The position numbers were made by a program, and so were the translations under genes. This document shows positions 10,461-20,651 of a stretch of 64,000 nt of DNA, in pieces. Every line of letters begins with the position of its first letter. The first letter of the stretch is position 1. Source of the DNA: Nitrospinota bacterium. Its GTDB lineage: Bacteria; Nitrospinota_A; UBA7883; JACRGQ01. Location of the stretch: NCBI GenBank assembly GCA_029881495.1, contig JAOUMJ010000013.1:3954-67953 (forward strand), given 5' to 3'. The notes below the pieces were generated by a model. That model was not told the origin of the DNA, did not search any database, and was given only the letters and a program-made list of their open reading frames with translations.

Positions 10461-11420
10461 ATGAAGCAAATGATGATGGCAATGATACCTATATTTGACG
10501 TCGCCCTGTATTTGCTTATATATCCAGCAGCAATATTGTTGAAAATTGTTAGGCGCATTGGAGTGCAGCGTCTTCCTTTTTGCAAAAAGGCATTGCTACA
10601 TGTAGGAGTATTCCCAATCAGGAATCACTTTTATGAACCGTTGTTTGATCATAGGCAGTTAAAAAATTCACTGTTTCAGGACAGAGAACTCCCAGGGATA
10701 GATTTCAATGTTGGGGCGCAATTGGATCTATTGAATAGCTTCAATTACAGCGAAGAATTGAAGAAATTCCCTTTAGATGCAAAGGGGGAATTAAGTTATT
10801 TTTATAAAAATGGCAATTTTGAATTTGGTGATGCCGAATATTGGTACAGTCTGATTAGAATTAAAAAGCCGCGAAGAATAATTGAAATAGGGAGTGGATC
10901 CTCTACTTTGATGGCAATAGCCGCAGTAAAAAAGAATCAACAGGAAATGCCAAGCTATAAATGTGATCATATATGCATTGAACCATTTGGAGCGCCTTGG
11001 TTGGAAAAAACCGGTGTGTCGGTTGTGCGGAAAAAAGTAGAGGATGTTGGCAAGGATATATTTCTCGACCTAAAGGAAGATGACATACTATTTATCGATT
11101 CATCACATATTATCAGGCCTCAGGGTGACGTTCTGTTTGAATATTTAGAGTTGCTTCCAATACTTAATAAAGGAGTAATAGTTCACTTTCACGACATATT
11201 TTCACCAAAGGACTACCCTGAGAATTGGGTAGTTAATAAAGTGCATTTTTGGAATGAGCAGTATTTGTTGGAAGCGTTTTTAACTATGAACAGTGATTGG
11301 GAAGTGATTTGCAGCTTAAATTATCTTCGCCACCACCATTTTGAAGAACTAAAAAGCAGGTGTCCTTTTTTGACTGTCTCGACAGAGCCTGGCTCTTTCT
11401 ATATTAGAAAGAAAAATTGA
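10461..11420 (+). CDS. Class I SAM-dependent methyltransferase (Methyltransf_24-like)
   Basis: IIEIGSGSST, LFIDSSH, VHFHDIF, WNEQYLLEAFL. Confidence 0.85.
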   Translation: MKQMMMAMIPIFDVALYLLIYPAAILLKIVRRIGVQRLPFCKKALLHVGVFPIRNHFYEPLFDHRQLKNSLFQDRELPGIDFNVGAQLDLLNSFNYSEELKKFPLDAKGELSYFYKNGNFEFGDAEYWYSLIRIKKPRRIIEIGSGSSTLMAIAAVKKNQQEMPSYKCDHICIEPFGAPWLEKTGVSVVRKKVEDVGKDIFLDLKEDDILFIDSSHIIRPQGDVLFEYLELLPILNKGVIVHFHDIFSPKDYPENWVVNKVHFWNEQYLLEAFLTMNSDWEVICSLNYLRHHHFEELKSRCPFLTVSTEPGSFYIRKKN

Positions 11421-11478
11421 CATTAGCAGATATATATATTTCTGAATAAATCTAATTATAGATGTTTCAGATACATGG

Positions 11479-11503
11479 ATCGCAAAATTCATTTTTTTGC
11501 GAT
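11479..11503 (+). terminator. Intergenic hairpin, possible weak terminator or processing stem
   Basis: ATCGCAAAA-N7-TTTTGCGAT perfect inverted repeat between two genes. Confidence 0.35.
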
Positions 11504-11530
11504 TAAATAAATCTATAGCGGAAAAATAAA

Positions 11531-12724
11531 ATGAACAAGAAATTAAAAATTCTAATATACGAACCGTATCCCTTTGGGCAAATATCTGGAAATTTAAGAT
11601 GTCAGTCCTACGTTATGAAGTTTATAGATAGAGAAAAATGTGATCTCTTGGTTGTCTCGCCTTTTGAGAGTGAATTTACAGAATATGTATTAAAAAAGGA
11701 TCATGGATTGGTAATTTTAAAACCGCCTTCCAGGCTAGGGAGGTACGGGAAAAAAAATCTGAAAGATAGTATTTACGGTAAACTATTAACGTTATTTGAC
11801 ATATTAAAATATAATGTTTCGCTCTATAAGCTCTTAAAAAAAGAAAAAGTCGATGCGCTTTACTGTAACGGCATGAGAGCACTCTTAACATGTTTTATAT
11901 CGGCAAAGCTTGCCAGAGTGCCAATTTTATTATTTGTAAAATCCGAACTTCAGACTAAATATATTGATCCGATAGGTTTTTTTGTGGCCGACAGGATTCT
12001 GTTTTTTTGTGAACAAAATAAAAACGATAAATACCCTTTTCTTGTAAAACTGTTTAATGAGAAAATCGGGATACTGAAAATTGGTATGGATATCGATGAA
12101 ATTGAGGAAGTGTTAAAAAAAGACAAGACTGAATTGAAAAAAGAATTGTGTATTAATGATAAAGATGTAAATATAATTTACTTAGGACAGATATATTCCC
12201 CCAAAGGTGTACACTTTCTACTTGAAGCGATGGGGACTCTTTTACCAAATTACCCAGAATTGAAGCTCTATGTTGTCGGGCACCATGTGCTTGAAGAGTA
12301 TGCAGGTTATCAATTGGAACTCGAAGAAATAGTTGATAAATACAAAATGAAAGATAGAGTTATTTTTACTGGGTGGAGAACAGATTCATTAGAAATAGTA
12401 TCTTTAATGGATATAATGATTCATCCTTCGCTTAAAGAAGGTTTTGGAAGATCTGTGTTAGAGGCAATGGCTATGGGCAAGATGGTTATTGCCTCTGCGG
12501 TTGGTGGTTTAAGAGAAGCTGTTCATGATGGTGAAAACGGCTACCTTGTCAAACCTGGTGATTCAAAAGGGATTGCCGAAAAATTAAAGCACGCTTTAGA
12601 TAATAAAGAAATCATTAAAAAGTATGGTGAAAAAGCTAAGGAAACTGTATATTCTGAGTACATCGCGGAAGAGTATATTTCAGGCTGGCAATGCGAAATT
12701 GAAAAGATGGTCAACAGGAAATAG
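11531..12724 (+). CDS. Glycosyltransferase family 4
   Basis: KGVHFLLEA, EGFGRSVLEAMAMG (EX7E), GENGYLV. Confidence 0.92.
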   Translation: MNKKLKILIYEPYPFGQISGNLRCQSYVMKFIDREKCDLLVVSPFESEFTEYVLKKDHGLVILKPPSRLGRYGKKNLKDSIYGKLLTLFDILKYNVSLYKLLKKEKVDALYCNGMRALLTCFISAKLARVPILLFVKSELQTKYIDPIGFFVADRILFFCEQNKNDKYPFLVKLFNEKIGILKIGMDIDEIEEVLKKDKTELKKELCINDKDVNIIYLGQIYSPKGVHFLLEAMGTLLPNYPELKLYVVGHHVLEEYAGYQLELEEIVDKYKMKDRVIFTGWRTDSLEIVSLMDIMIHPSLKEGFGRSVLEAMAMGKMVIASAVGGLREAVHDGENGYLVKPGDSKGIAEKLKHALDNKEIIKKYGEKAKETVYSEYIAEEYISGWQCEIEKMVNRK

Positions 12725-12772
12725 TCCTGATTTAAAAACTTGCTACAAACAGATAAGGGTTGCATTTTTAAA

Positions 12773-13804
12773 ATGAAAATCAATTCAGATACAAAGAAAA
12801 ATCTTATTCTTCTATTCGTTACAATAATAATAACTCTAGTAATGTTTGAAGGTTTAATTCGGATAGTTTATGGCAATGTGAAAATATGGCAATTTCCACA
12901 GATGAGGCACATATCAACATCATATGGATATAAACTTGAACCAAATCAGACAGGAACATATACAACTGATTTCCCTATTACTACAAATTCATGGGGGTTT
13001 AGAGATGATGAGTGGAAAGTACCTAAGCCAAAAGGTGTAAAAAGGATTATGACACTGGGAGACTCTCTCACATTCGGGAATGGTGCTAAATATGAAGAGA
13101 TATTTCCTACTTTGTTGGAAAACAAACTGAAAAAGTTAAACAGCCAAGTAGAAGTGCTTAATACCTCTGCGATAGGATGGACGACATATAACGAAGTAGA
13201 TTTTTTTACCGAAGAAGGGATATCATACGAGCCTGATATTCTGATATTGTGCTTTTTTCAAAATGATTATGTCACTAGGCCGGAAAATGTTCAGATAACG
13301 CTTGATGACGATGGCAGAAGGGACGCAAGGCCTGAATGGTTGCAGTTTTTGCCATACAAATATATATTTTTGTTAAAAAGGTCTGCACTTATATCCTTTG
13401 TTAGGCTGCGACTAGGCGCATTTTTAAATGCAGATAAAAATCCAATAGACATAAGCAGTAAATCAACATTGGATTCACGGCAGGATATTACTGATACATA
13501 TTCTTATATCGCAGATTTGAAAGAATATTGTGATAAAAATAAAATTAAGCTTATTGTAGTTTATATTCCTGCAATTTCAAGATTTGCATTTCCAAAAGAT
13601 AAATCGATTTTACATTTGCACATGGCCGAAAATATGAAAAAAAATGGAATTACATTTTTTGATTTGGCGGAGCCCTTTTGGAATGAAAAAAAACCATTTA
13701 AATTGTACATGTACCCATGGGATAATCATTTGAACGCAAAAGGGCACAAACTAATCGCAGACCAACTATATACTATTTCAGTTAATGCACTTGAAGAAAG
13801 GTAA
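12773..13804 (+). CDS. SGNH/GDSL hydrolase-family protein with N-terminal membrane anchor
   Basis: NSWGFRD, LGDSLTFG, FFQND, DNHLNAKGH; ATG 12773 preferred over TTG 12740. Confidence 0.85.
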   Translation: MKINSDTKKNLILLFVTIIITLVMFEGLIRIVYGNVKIWQFPQMRHISTSYGYKLEPNQTGTYTTDFPITTNSWGFRDDEWKVPKPKGVKRIMTLGDSLTFGNGAKYEEIFPTLLENKLKKLNSQVEVLNTSAIGWTTYNEVDFFTEEGISYEPDILILCFFQNDYVTRPENVQITLDDDGRRDARPEWLQFLPYKYIFLLKRSALISFVRLRLGAFLNADKNPIDISSKSTLDSRQDITDTYSYIADLKEYCDKNKIKLIVVYIPAISRFAFPKDKSILHLHMAENMKKNGITFFDLAEPFWNEKKPFKLYMYPWDNHLNAKGHKLIADQLYTISVNALEER

Positions 13805-13943
13805 GGGAGTTGCTGCAGTGTATGGCGCAATATGATTAAATAGTACATCTGAAAAATATTCATAATATAAACTGTTTTGTTGACTGTATGGATGTTTTGG
13901 AATGTGCTATCAATTAAACTTATATATAAGTTAAGGGAATAAG

Positions 13944-14609
13944 ATGGATTACGAAAAAGAAACAAAGAATGCGTACAAGAATATCGAAAAGGCGGAAGAT
14001 TATTTCTCAGGGTACAGCAAGGGCATCAAATGGAGACGCTACTCCACATGGAAACAAAATCAGAATCTGAAAAAGGCATTGGTAAAATGTAATTTGGATA
14101 AAAGTGATATTGTGTACGATATTCCATGCGGTACCGGTATTGCTGGCAGGATTTTCAAGGATTTTCCACCGGCTATTGTCGCATCCGATATTTCAATGGA
14201 GATGATGGCATACGCCAAAAATGAATACAGGAAGGAAGGTTTTTACGGCTTTCTTCAGTCGGATATTACAAACCTTCCGTTGAAATCAGGCACATCAAAG
14301 TGTGCCGTAGTTTTGAGTTTTATGCACCGGGTTCCAAGGGAGATAAGGACAGGTGCTCTCAAGGAACTAAACAGGCTCACCAATAGATATATCATAGTTA
14401 CATACGCAGTCGATAGTTTTGCGCAACGATTTAAAAAGGCGCTGATAAAAATCCTTAAACCGGGCTTTGTGCCTGCACCGTCGCCAACTGCGTACTCAGA
14501 AATAATCAAGGAATTTAGGGAAAATAACCTTAAGGTGCTAAGGGAATACAGAATAATGCCAATCCTTTCTTCTTCAATAATGTTTTTACTGGAAAAAGAT
14601 TCTAAATAA
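13944..14609 (+). CDS. Class I SAM-dependent methyltransferase
   Basis: YDIPCGTG, DISMEMM, DITNLP. Confidence 0.85.
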   Translation: MDYEKETKNAYKNIEKAEDYFSGYSKGIKWRRYSTWKQNQNLKKALVKCNLDKSDIVYDIPCGTGIAGRIFKDFPPAIVASDISMEMMAYAKNEYRKEGFYGFLQSDITNLPLKSGTSKCAVVLSFMHRVPREIRTGALKELNRLTNRYIIVTYAVDSFAQRFKKALIKILKPGFVPAPSPTAYSEIIKEFRENNLKVLREYRIMPILSSSIMFLLEKDSK

Positions 14610-14812
14610 TTGGGTATATGGCTGAAATCCATGCAATATGCATGGATGGTATATTTATTTTACAGGCAATAATTATGGAAAGAATGAAGGGGATTTCAAT
14701 CCAGTTGAATAAACGGATTCGCAGTACGGATAAATATTCTGCTATAGAAAGACACTCACTCAGATAGCCGATAGTATGAATAATCAATCCTGAAAAGCAC
14801 AAAATTGGAAAA

Positions 14813-15889
14813 ATGTTGGATAATCTGTCAGTTCAGAAATACATAACCAGTTTTATAGAAAAGACGTTTTCGTCAAACGGAAGAAACACGGCTACTATTC
14901 AAGTTGGAGAAATAGAGATAAACGATTTTTCCATATGTTTCTGGGTGGAAATAGAACCCGAAAGCGGGAAATATGGGTTGTATGTAAAGCTTCCGAAGGA
15001 GGAAGTGGAAAAAACGGAAATGTGGAGGATCAACGAATCGGATAGAGAAATGGGTGAAAAGGAGTATGAGAGTCTTCAATTTCTTGATAAGAATTGGATC
15101 GAAGACGAGGATTCCGTAAAATTCATAAAACCGGTAGCTTATCTGCAAAAGTATAATGCCATTGTTACTGAACGGATTTATGCCAAGGGGATCCTGCCGG
15201 AATTCAGAGCATTGGATACGCTTAAGAGAATTATTCCATTTGTTTCTACCGAAAAATTTAAATATTACCTGGCAAATGTAGGGAGATCGTTACGCAAGTA
15301 TCACGACAGGGTAGGGGAACCGGTTGAATACGATCTTGCTAATACGGTAACGAAAATCAAAACTAGGCTTAAGTCCTTGGATATTCCATCCACTACTGGC
15401 AACGATACGAATGAATGGCACGTTCTTCTGGCCAAAATCTCTGGCCTGACGGAAAAAACGGTCATGACAAAAACATTAAAAGGGTTAGATATCAGAAATG
15501 TATTTATCGGTGATAGTGGGAAAATATATTTGCTTGATCCGGGTAGACTTAAAAACGATTGCCGGGAGGCCGATCTTGCAAGGTTTCTTGTCACGATCAG
15601 GATCCTTTACTGGGGGACGCTGAGATTTTTTCTTCGCTTGAAACCTTTAGAGGAATTTGAAAAATTCTTTCTCAAAGGATATTACGGAAGTGACAGCCAT
15701 GGCGGAATTTTGCTAAGAGTTTTTATTATTAAAGAGCTTGTAAAACACTGGGATATGGCATATTTTGCACTCTCCCTGAAATCATGGCCTAAACCGATCA
15801 AATATATTTTGAAAAACATCTATATTAATGGATATTATGAAAGTGAAATTTCAGCCCATTTCAGGAGATTGAAGGATGAAATTTCCTGA
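14813..15889 (+). CDS. Kinase/phosphotransferase-fold protein with a degenerate catalytic loop
   Basis: YVKLP lysine, EKEYESL helix, LKGLDIRNVF, LLDPG, DLARFL. Confidence 0.55.
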   Translation: MLDNLSVQKYITSFIEKTFSSNGRNTATIQVGEIEINDFSICFWVEIEPESGKYGLYVKLPKEEVEKTEMWRINESDREMGEKEYESLQFLDKNWIEDEDSVKFIKPVAYLQKYNAIVTERIYAKGILPEFRALDTLKRIIPFVSTEKFKYYLANVGRSLRKYHDRVGEPVEYDLANTVTKIKTRLKSLDIPSTTGNDTNEWHVLLAKISGLTEKTVMTKTLKGLDIRNVFIGDSGKIYLLDPGRLKNDCREADLARFLVTIRILYWGTLRFFLRLKPLEEFEKFFLKGYYGSDSHGGILLRVFIIKELVKHWDMAYFALSLKSWPKPIKYILKNIYINGYYESEISAHFRRLKDEIS

Positions 15890-15931
15890 TATGCATTACA
15901 TCAGTATTGGCCAATTGAAGGAGAAGCTGCA

Positions 15932-17395
15932 GTGAATACAACCTACATCATAGATAAGGAAATTGGCTACGGAACCAGACCACCATTTAATCCGGATAAA
16001 AAATATCCGGAAATTGGTGGAAATATTGGAGAAGGCATTGGAGACAATCGTATATACGACATATTGAGAAGGATATTTGTATACAAAAAAATGGATGAAG
16101 CCAATTTCGGAACCGTGAACTGGAACCCTTTTGGTGAATTCATCAAGCCTGGGGATCGAGTGGTGCTAAAGCCAAACTGGGTAACGGAAATAAGAGGGCG
16201 GAAGTATTACCAGGAGCAGTTGATTACGCATCCATCTGTAATTAGGGTGGTACTGGATTATGTGATAATTGCCTTAAAGGGGAAGGGCGATATAACCATA
16301 TGTGACGCGCCAATGCAATATTCATCGTTCAGCGCGCTGGTGAAGGAGAGCTATCTTGAAGAGATTCTAAATAATTATTCCCTGCCTAAAGAAATAAGTC
16401 TCAAATATATGGACCTCAGGCAGGAGGAAGTGGAGCTGGATGAAACTCGGTCGCAAATAATAAAAAGAACGCGGCTTGAAGGCGATCCTTTGGGATATAC
16501 CGAGATTGATCTGGGAGATAAGTCGTACCTGGAGGAATTGTGTATTGAAAACACCAACATAAGGTTTGCTGTAAGCGACTACGATGAAGAAATTACAAGA
16601 ACAAATCAGAGGAGAGGGATTCACAAATATCTGATTCCGAACACAATATTAAGTTCAGACGTTTTCATAAACCTACCAAAAATGAAAACTCACAGAAGAA
16701 CCGGCATTACCGGTGCGATGAAGAATCTAATCGGAATTAACGGCTCCAAGGCATATCTTGTGCATTATTCCAAAGGGAGTCCGAACGAAATGGGTGACGA
16801 GTACCAGAATTATACGACGATGAAGGGGATTGCATCCTACGTTGATTACAAACTGAAGCCCTATATACCGAACGTGATCTGGAAAATAATCAGATATTTC
16901 TGGATGATATATAAAACAAGCGTGCAAAAGAAGGCCAAATCCGGACAGTCGACCGACCTGTCATTTATGACAAGTAATGGTTGTTGGCCTGGTAATAGAA
17001 CTATCTGGAGAACCATATTCGATCTGAACATGATACTTTTATTAGCGGATAAAAGTGGTGAATTAAAGACAACCAGACAGAGAAAATACCTGGGAATTGT
17101 TGATGGAATTGTCGGTATGGAGGGGGAAGGGCCTATAAAAGGGGACCCGCGAGATACCGGGACGATAATCATGGGTGACGATCCCGTTTCGTTGGATGCC
17201 TGCATGGCAGATCTGATGGGCTTCGATATAGAGAAAATCCCTTCAGTCAGCAATGTTCGAAACATAAACAAGAAGTTCAGTTTTTCGTCATACAATATGA
17301 AAAATGACTATCAGAATGTAACTAATGATAAAATATCACGACCATTTAACCCGCCTATGACATGGAAAGGTCATCTGGAAAAAAATAGTGAATAA
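15932..17395 (+). CDS. DUF362 domain protein
   Basis: VVLKPNWV, THPSVI, INLPKMKTH, GITGAMKNLIG, DGIVGMEGEGP, DPVSLD. Confidence 0.85.
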   Translation: MNTTYIIDKEIGYGTRPPFNPDKKYPEIGGNIGEGIGDNRIYDILRRIFVYKKMDEANFGTVNWNPFGEFIKPGDRVVLKPNWVTEIRGRKYYQEQLITHPSVIRVVLDYVIIALKGKGDITICDAPMQYSSFSALVKESYLEEILNNYSLPKEISLKYMDLRQEEVELDETRSQIIKRTRLEGDPLGYTEIDLGDKSYLEELCIENTNIRFAVSDYDEEITRTNQRRGIHKYLIPNTILSSDVFINLPKMKTHRRTGITGAMKNLIGINGSKAYLVHYSKGSPNEMGDEYQNYTTMKGIASYVDYKLKPYIPNVIWKIIRYFWMIYKTSVQKKAKSGQSTDLSFMTSNGCWPGNRTIWRTIFDLNMILLLADKSGELKTTRQRKYLGIVDGIVGMEGEGPIKGDPRDTGTIIMGDDPVSLDACMADLMGFDIEKIPSVSNVRNINKKFSFSSYNMKNDYQNVTNDKISRPFNPPMTWKGHLEKNSE

Positions 17396-18755
17396 AGAAA
17401 TTATCTATAACTATTCGCCATATTGGCTGAGAAACTTGTGGATTTCCCTGTTTGGATATAAGCTGGCAAAAGAGCGGTATGGGAAGTCGTATTTGGAGCA
17501 TTTCGATCTCTATAAAAAAATACAGTTCGACTCTGTTGAGCAGATACATGAAAGACAAAACGGAATGTTCAGGGAATTTGTCTCATTTGCCGCTAGCAAT
17601 TCCCCTTTCTACAGGGAATTTTATAAAGATTGCAATCTTCCAGGAAATATATCTGAGATATCTAACCTGCCTATCCTGACAAAGGAGCTACTTAGGAAAA
17701 ATGATGAAAAGTTAAGAACTGGGGAGTTGGGAAGCGACAAGATATGCATACATACTAGCGGTACAACAGGGACACCGTTAACGTACTACTTCGCTAAAGA
17801 AGATTTTCAGGCGAGAATCGCGCTTCTCGATAGTTACAAGGAGTGGTTCGGTGTAAAAAGGGGCGATAAAAGGGCATCCTTCACGGGAAGGATAATAAAA
17901 CCGGCAAACAGCAGATCAAAAAAGTTCTGGCAGATGAATTTCATGATAAATCAGAGGCTGTATTCCACGTATCATTTGTCGAAGGACAACTTAAAATATT
18001 ACATTGAGGATCTGGAAAAATATCAGCCGGTCTTCATGGATGGATACCCATCGGCCTTTCTTGTTCTGGCAAAATACTTTCTCGCCGGAAATACAAAGCC
18101 TGGGTTCAGGCCAAAGGTTATTTTCACTACAGCGGAAACGATAAAGCCATATGAAAAGGAATTGATAGAAAAGGCTTTCGGTTGCCCGTTGAGCGATCAC
18201 CATGGCTCTTCAGAAGGAGCGCCGGTTACTGCGCAATGCGAATATGGCAAGTATCATTTTTTGTCATTTCTTGGCGTTATGGAAGTGTTGGATGAGAACA
18301 ACAGGCCGGCAAATGCCGGGAGAGCGGTGCTTACATGCTTTAATACGAGGTTCATGCCGTTGATAAGGTACGACATCGGTGATTACGTGAAGCTCTCTGA
18401 TGAAAAATCGTGTAGTTGCGGGCGGAATTATCCGATTGTTGAAAGCGTTCTCGGAAGGGAAGAAGATTATATCGTGACCACGGAAAGAGGGAAGGTTGGA
18501 AGGCTTGACCCTATTTTTAAAAACAGCCCTTCTACAATTATTAAAACGCAGATTGTACAAAATGAAATTGACAAAGTTGATGTGCTGTACGTTCCTGACG
18601 AACTCAAATTCAAGAGCGAACATCTGGATGTGATAAAGGATCAGCTTCTCGCAAGAATAGGCTCAAACACTGAAGTACGTTTTAACAAGGTTATGGATAT
18701 TCCCGTGGGTAAAAACGGGAAATTCAAGGCAGTTATCAGCAATGTTGGCAAGTAA
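17388..18755 (+). CDS. CapK/phenylacetate-CoA ligase-like adenylate-forming enzyme
   Basis: TSGTTGTP, GYPSA, HGSSEG, MPLIRYDIGD, GKFKAV. Confidence 0.88.
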   Translation: MNKEIIYNYSPYWLRNLWISLFGYKLAKERYGKSYLEHFDLYKKIQFDSVEQIHERQNGMFREFVSFAASNSPFYREFYKDCNLPGNISEISNLPILTKELLRKNDEKLRTGELGSDKICIHTSGTTGTPLTYYFAKEDFQARIALLDSYKEWFGVKRGDKRASFTGRIIKPANSRSKKFWQMNFMINQRLYSTYHLSKDNLKYYIEDLEKYQPVFMDGYPSAFLVLAKYFLAGNTKPGFRPKVIFTTAETIKPYEKELIEKAFGCPLSDHHGSSEGAPVTAQCEYGKYHFLSFLGVMEVLDENNRPANAGRAVLTCFNTRFMPLIRYDIGDYVKLSDEKSCSCGRNYPIVESVLGREEDYIVTTERGKVGRLDPIFKNSPSTIIKTQIVQNEIDKVDVLYVPDELKFKSEHLDVIKDQLLARIGSNTEVRFNKVMDIPVGKNGKFKAVISNVGK

Positions 18756-18816
18756 TTTAGCCGATGCTTTCATGCTCCGTCCATTTGGCATTTTCCACTG
18801 ACAAGGGATTGAATAT

Positions 18817-20010
18817 ATGAACTACGCGCTTGTATCCCCTTGCGATTTATCTACAAAAATATTCAACAAGGGTTTTTCAAAAATTCTGTCAAAAGATGCC
18901 GGGAACAAGGTATACACTATTGGCCCGGTAACATGGGGATACGTCGAGGAGATAGAGTCTGCGGGCTCCAGGCATATACCCATAAAGATGTCCAGGTTCA
19001 TAAATCCTATAAGCGATATTTTATATATCCTCAGATTAGCCTGGATATTAAAGACAAAAAAGGTCGACATTCTCATTACATGGACTACGAAACCAAACTT
19101 GTACGGACCATTTGCGGGATTGATCGCCGGGGTTCCGGTAAGGATTTGCGCAATAAGAGGGCTTGGCAGAATATTTTCGAATCCGAACAGGATTTCCGAA
19201 AAACTTTTACAGTGGGTGGTTGAAGAACTATATCGGTTTTCCTCGGGACTCAGCGATCTTGTATGGTTCACGAATCCGAATGATTTGAGCTATTTCCTGG
19301 AAAGGAAAATAGTGGATGAAAATAAGACCTTGTTGACAAAGAACGGCATAGACATGAGCTTCTATAGCATGAATGCCGTCAACCAGTCCATTATCACTGA
19401 GACGCGAAAAGAGCTAGGGTTAAAGGATGGCGAGAAGGCAGTTTTAATGATAGGGCGAATGATATGGCCGAAGGGTGTTGAGGATTTTATCCTGGCATCC
19501 GAGATAGTTCACAAAAAGATGAACAATGTAAAATTCATTCTCGTCGCGCCTTTTGAAAAAAGCAGCCCTTTGGGTATTCCCAGAGAATACCTGGATGAAA
19601 AACTGAAAAACGGAACATTCATATACAGGGATTTCATAAAAGATATAAGAGGTGTGTACGCAGTATGCGATATCTCTGTTCTTCCTTCTTACTATAAAGA
19701 AGGAGGGTATCCGAGGGCATTGCTCGAAGCGATGTCGTTCGGGAAACCGGTGATCACTACTGATACGCCCGGTTGCCGAGGGGCCGTTGATGACGGGAAA
19801 AACGGATTCCTGGTTCCGGCCAAGGATCCCGAAAAATTGGCCGAAGCTGTAATGAAAATACTTTCGGACAGCCAGACTGCGGAGAAATTCGGCGCGCATA
19901 GCATTGAAAAGGTAAAAGCGGAATTCGATGAAAACATATTCATACGAAAGGTGCTGGAAAAGCTTGAAAACATCACAAATGCAAACAACATACGACAAAG
20001 TGGTATTTGA
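18817..20010 (+). CDS. Glycosyltransferase family 4
   Basis: KPNLYG, GRMIWPKG, EGGYPRALLEAM, TDTPGCR. Confidence 0.92.
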   Translation: MNYALVSPCDLSTKIFNKGFSKILSKDAGNKVYTIGPVTWGYVEEIESAGSRHIPIKMSRFINPISDILYILRLAWILKTKKVDILITWTTKPNLYGPFAGLIAGVPVRICAIRGLGRIFSNPNRISEKLLQWVVEELYRFSSGLSDLVWFTNPNDLSYFLERKIVDENKTLLTKNGIDMSFYSMNAVNQSIITETRKELGLKDGEKAVLMIGRMIWPKGVEDFILASEIVHKKMNNVKFILVAPFEKSSPLGIPREYLDEKLKNGTFIYRDFIKDIRGVYAVCDISVLPSYYKEGGYPRALLEAMSFGKPVITTDTPGCRGAVDDGKNGFLVPAKDPEKLAEAVMKILSDSQTAEKFGAHSIEKVKAEFDENIFIRKVLEKLENITNANNIRQSGI

Positions 20011-20044
20011 GTACCGGAGCCTTAAATATTTTATCGGAAGCATT

Positions 20045-20647
20045 ATGGCAAAACGAATATTTGACGTGATCTTTTCGATTATCATCATTACATTAACCTC
20101 TCCGATACTGATACTCGTTGCCATAGGTATTATGCTTACCTCCAGGGGGCCTGTTATTTACAAAGGCAATCGAACGGGATACAAGGGAAAACCGTTTAAT
20201 ATCTATAAGTTCAGAACGATGGTAGTTAACGCTGAAAAGATCGGAGGCGGCACAACTGGGTTGAACGATCCTCGGGTAACAGCTGTGGGAAAATATTTGC
20301 GGAAATTGAAGTTCGACGAGCTTCCGCAGTTCTTCAATGTAATTAAAGGGGAGATGAGCGTAGTTGGCCCAAGGCCGGAACTTCCCCAATATACGGATCT
20401 ATTCGAAGGGGAGGAAAAAATTATCCTCGATGTAAAGCCCGGCATCACAGATTATAGTTCTATCGAATTCAGCGAGTTGCATAAGGTAGTTGGTGCGCAT
20501 GATGTTGACAGGATGTTTGAGGAAAACGTCCTTAAAAAGAAAAATGCCCTCAGGGTCAAATACGTTCGCGAACAGGGGTTTTTTACTGATTTGAAAATAA
20601 TTTGGATGACAATAGCAAAATTGATGAAAATGCTTTTTTCAAGGTGA
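20045..20647 (+). CDS. Priming undecaprenyl-phosphate sugar phosphotransferase (Bac_transf)
   Basis: KRIFDV, YKFRTM, DPRVT.VG..LR..DELPQ..NV.KGEMSVVGPRP; start uncertain (19979 also possible). Confidence 0.92.
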   Translation: MAKRIFDVIFSIIIITLTSPILILVAIGIMLTSRGPVIYKGNRTGYKGKPFNIYKFRTMVVNAEKIGGGTTGLNDPRVTAVGKYLRKLKFDELPQFFNVIKGEMSVVGPRPELPQYTDLFEGEEKIILDVKPGITDYSSIEFSELHKVVGAHDVDRMFEENVLKKKNALRVKYVREQGFFTDLKIIWMTIAKLMKMLFSR

Positions 20648-20651
20648 TCAA

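Noticed and set aside
19928..20044. Long overlap of the sugar transferase ORF with the upstream GT4
   Set aside because: Best explained by a later start codon; no sign of frameshifting
19444..20124. 226-aa minus-strand ORF
   Set aside because: Antisense shadow of the GT4 and sugar transferase genes
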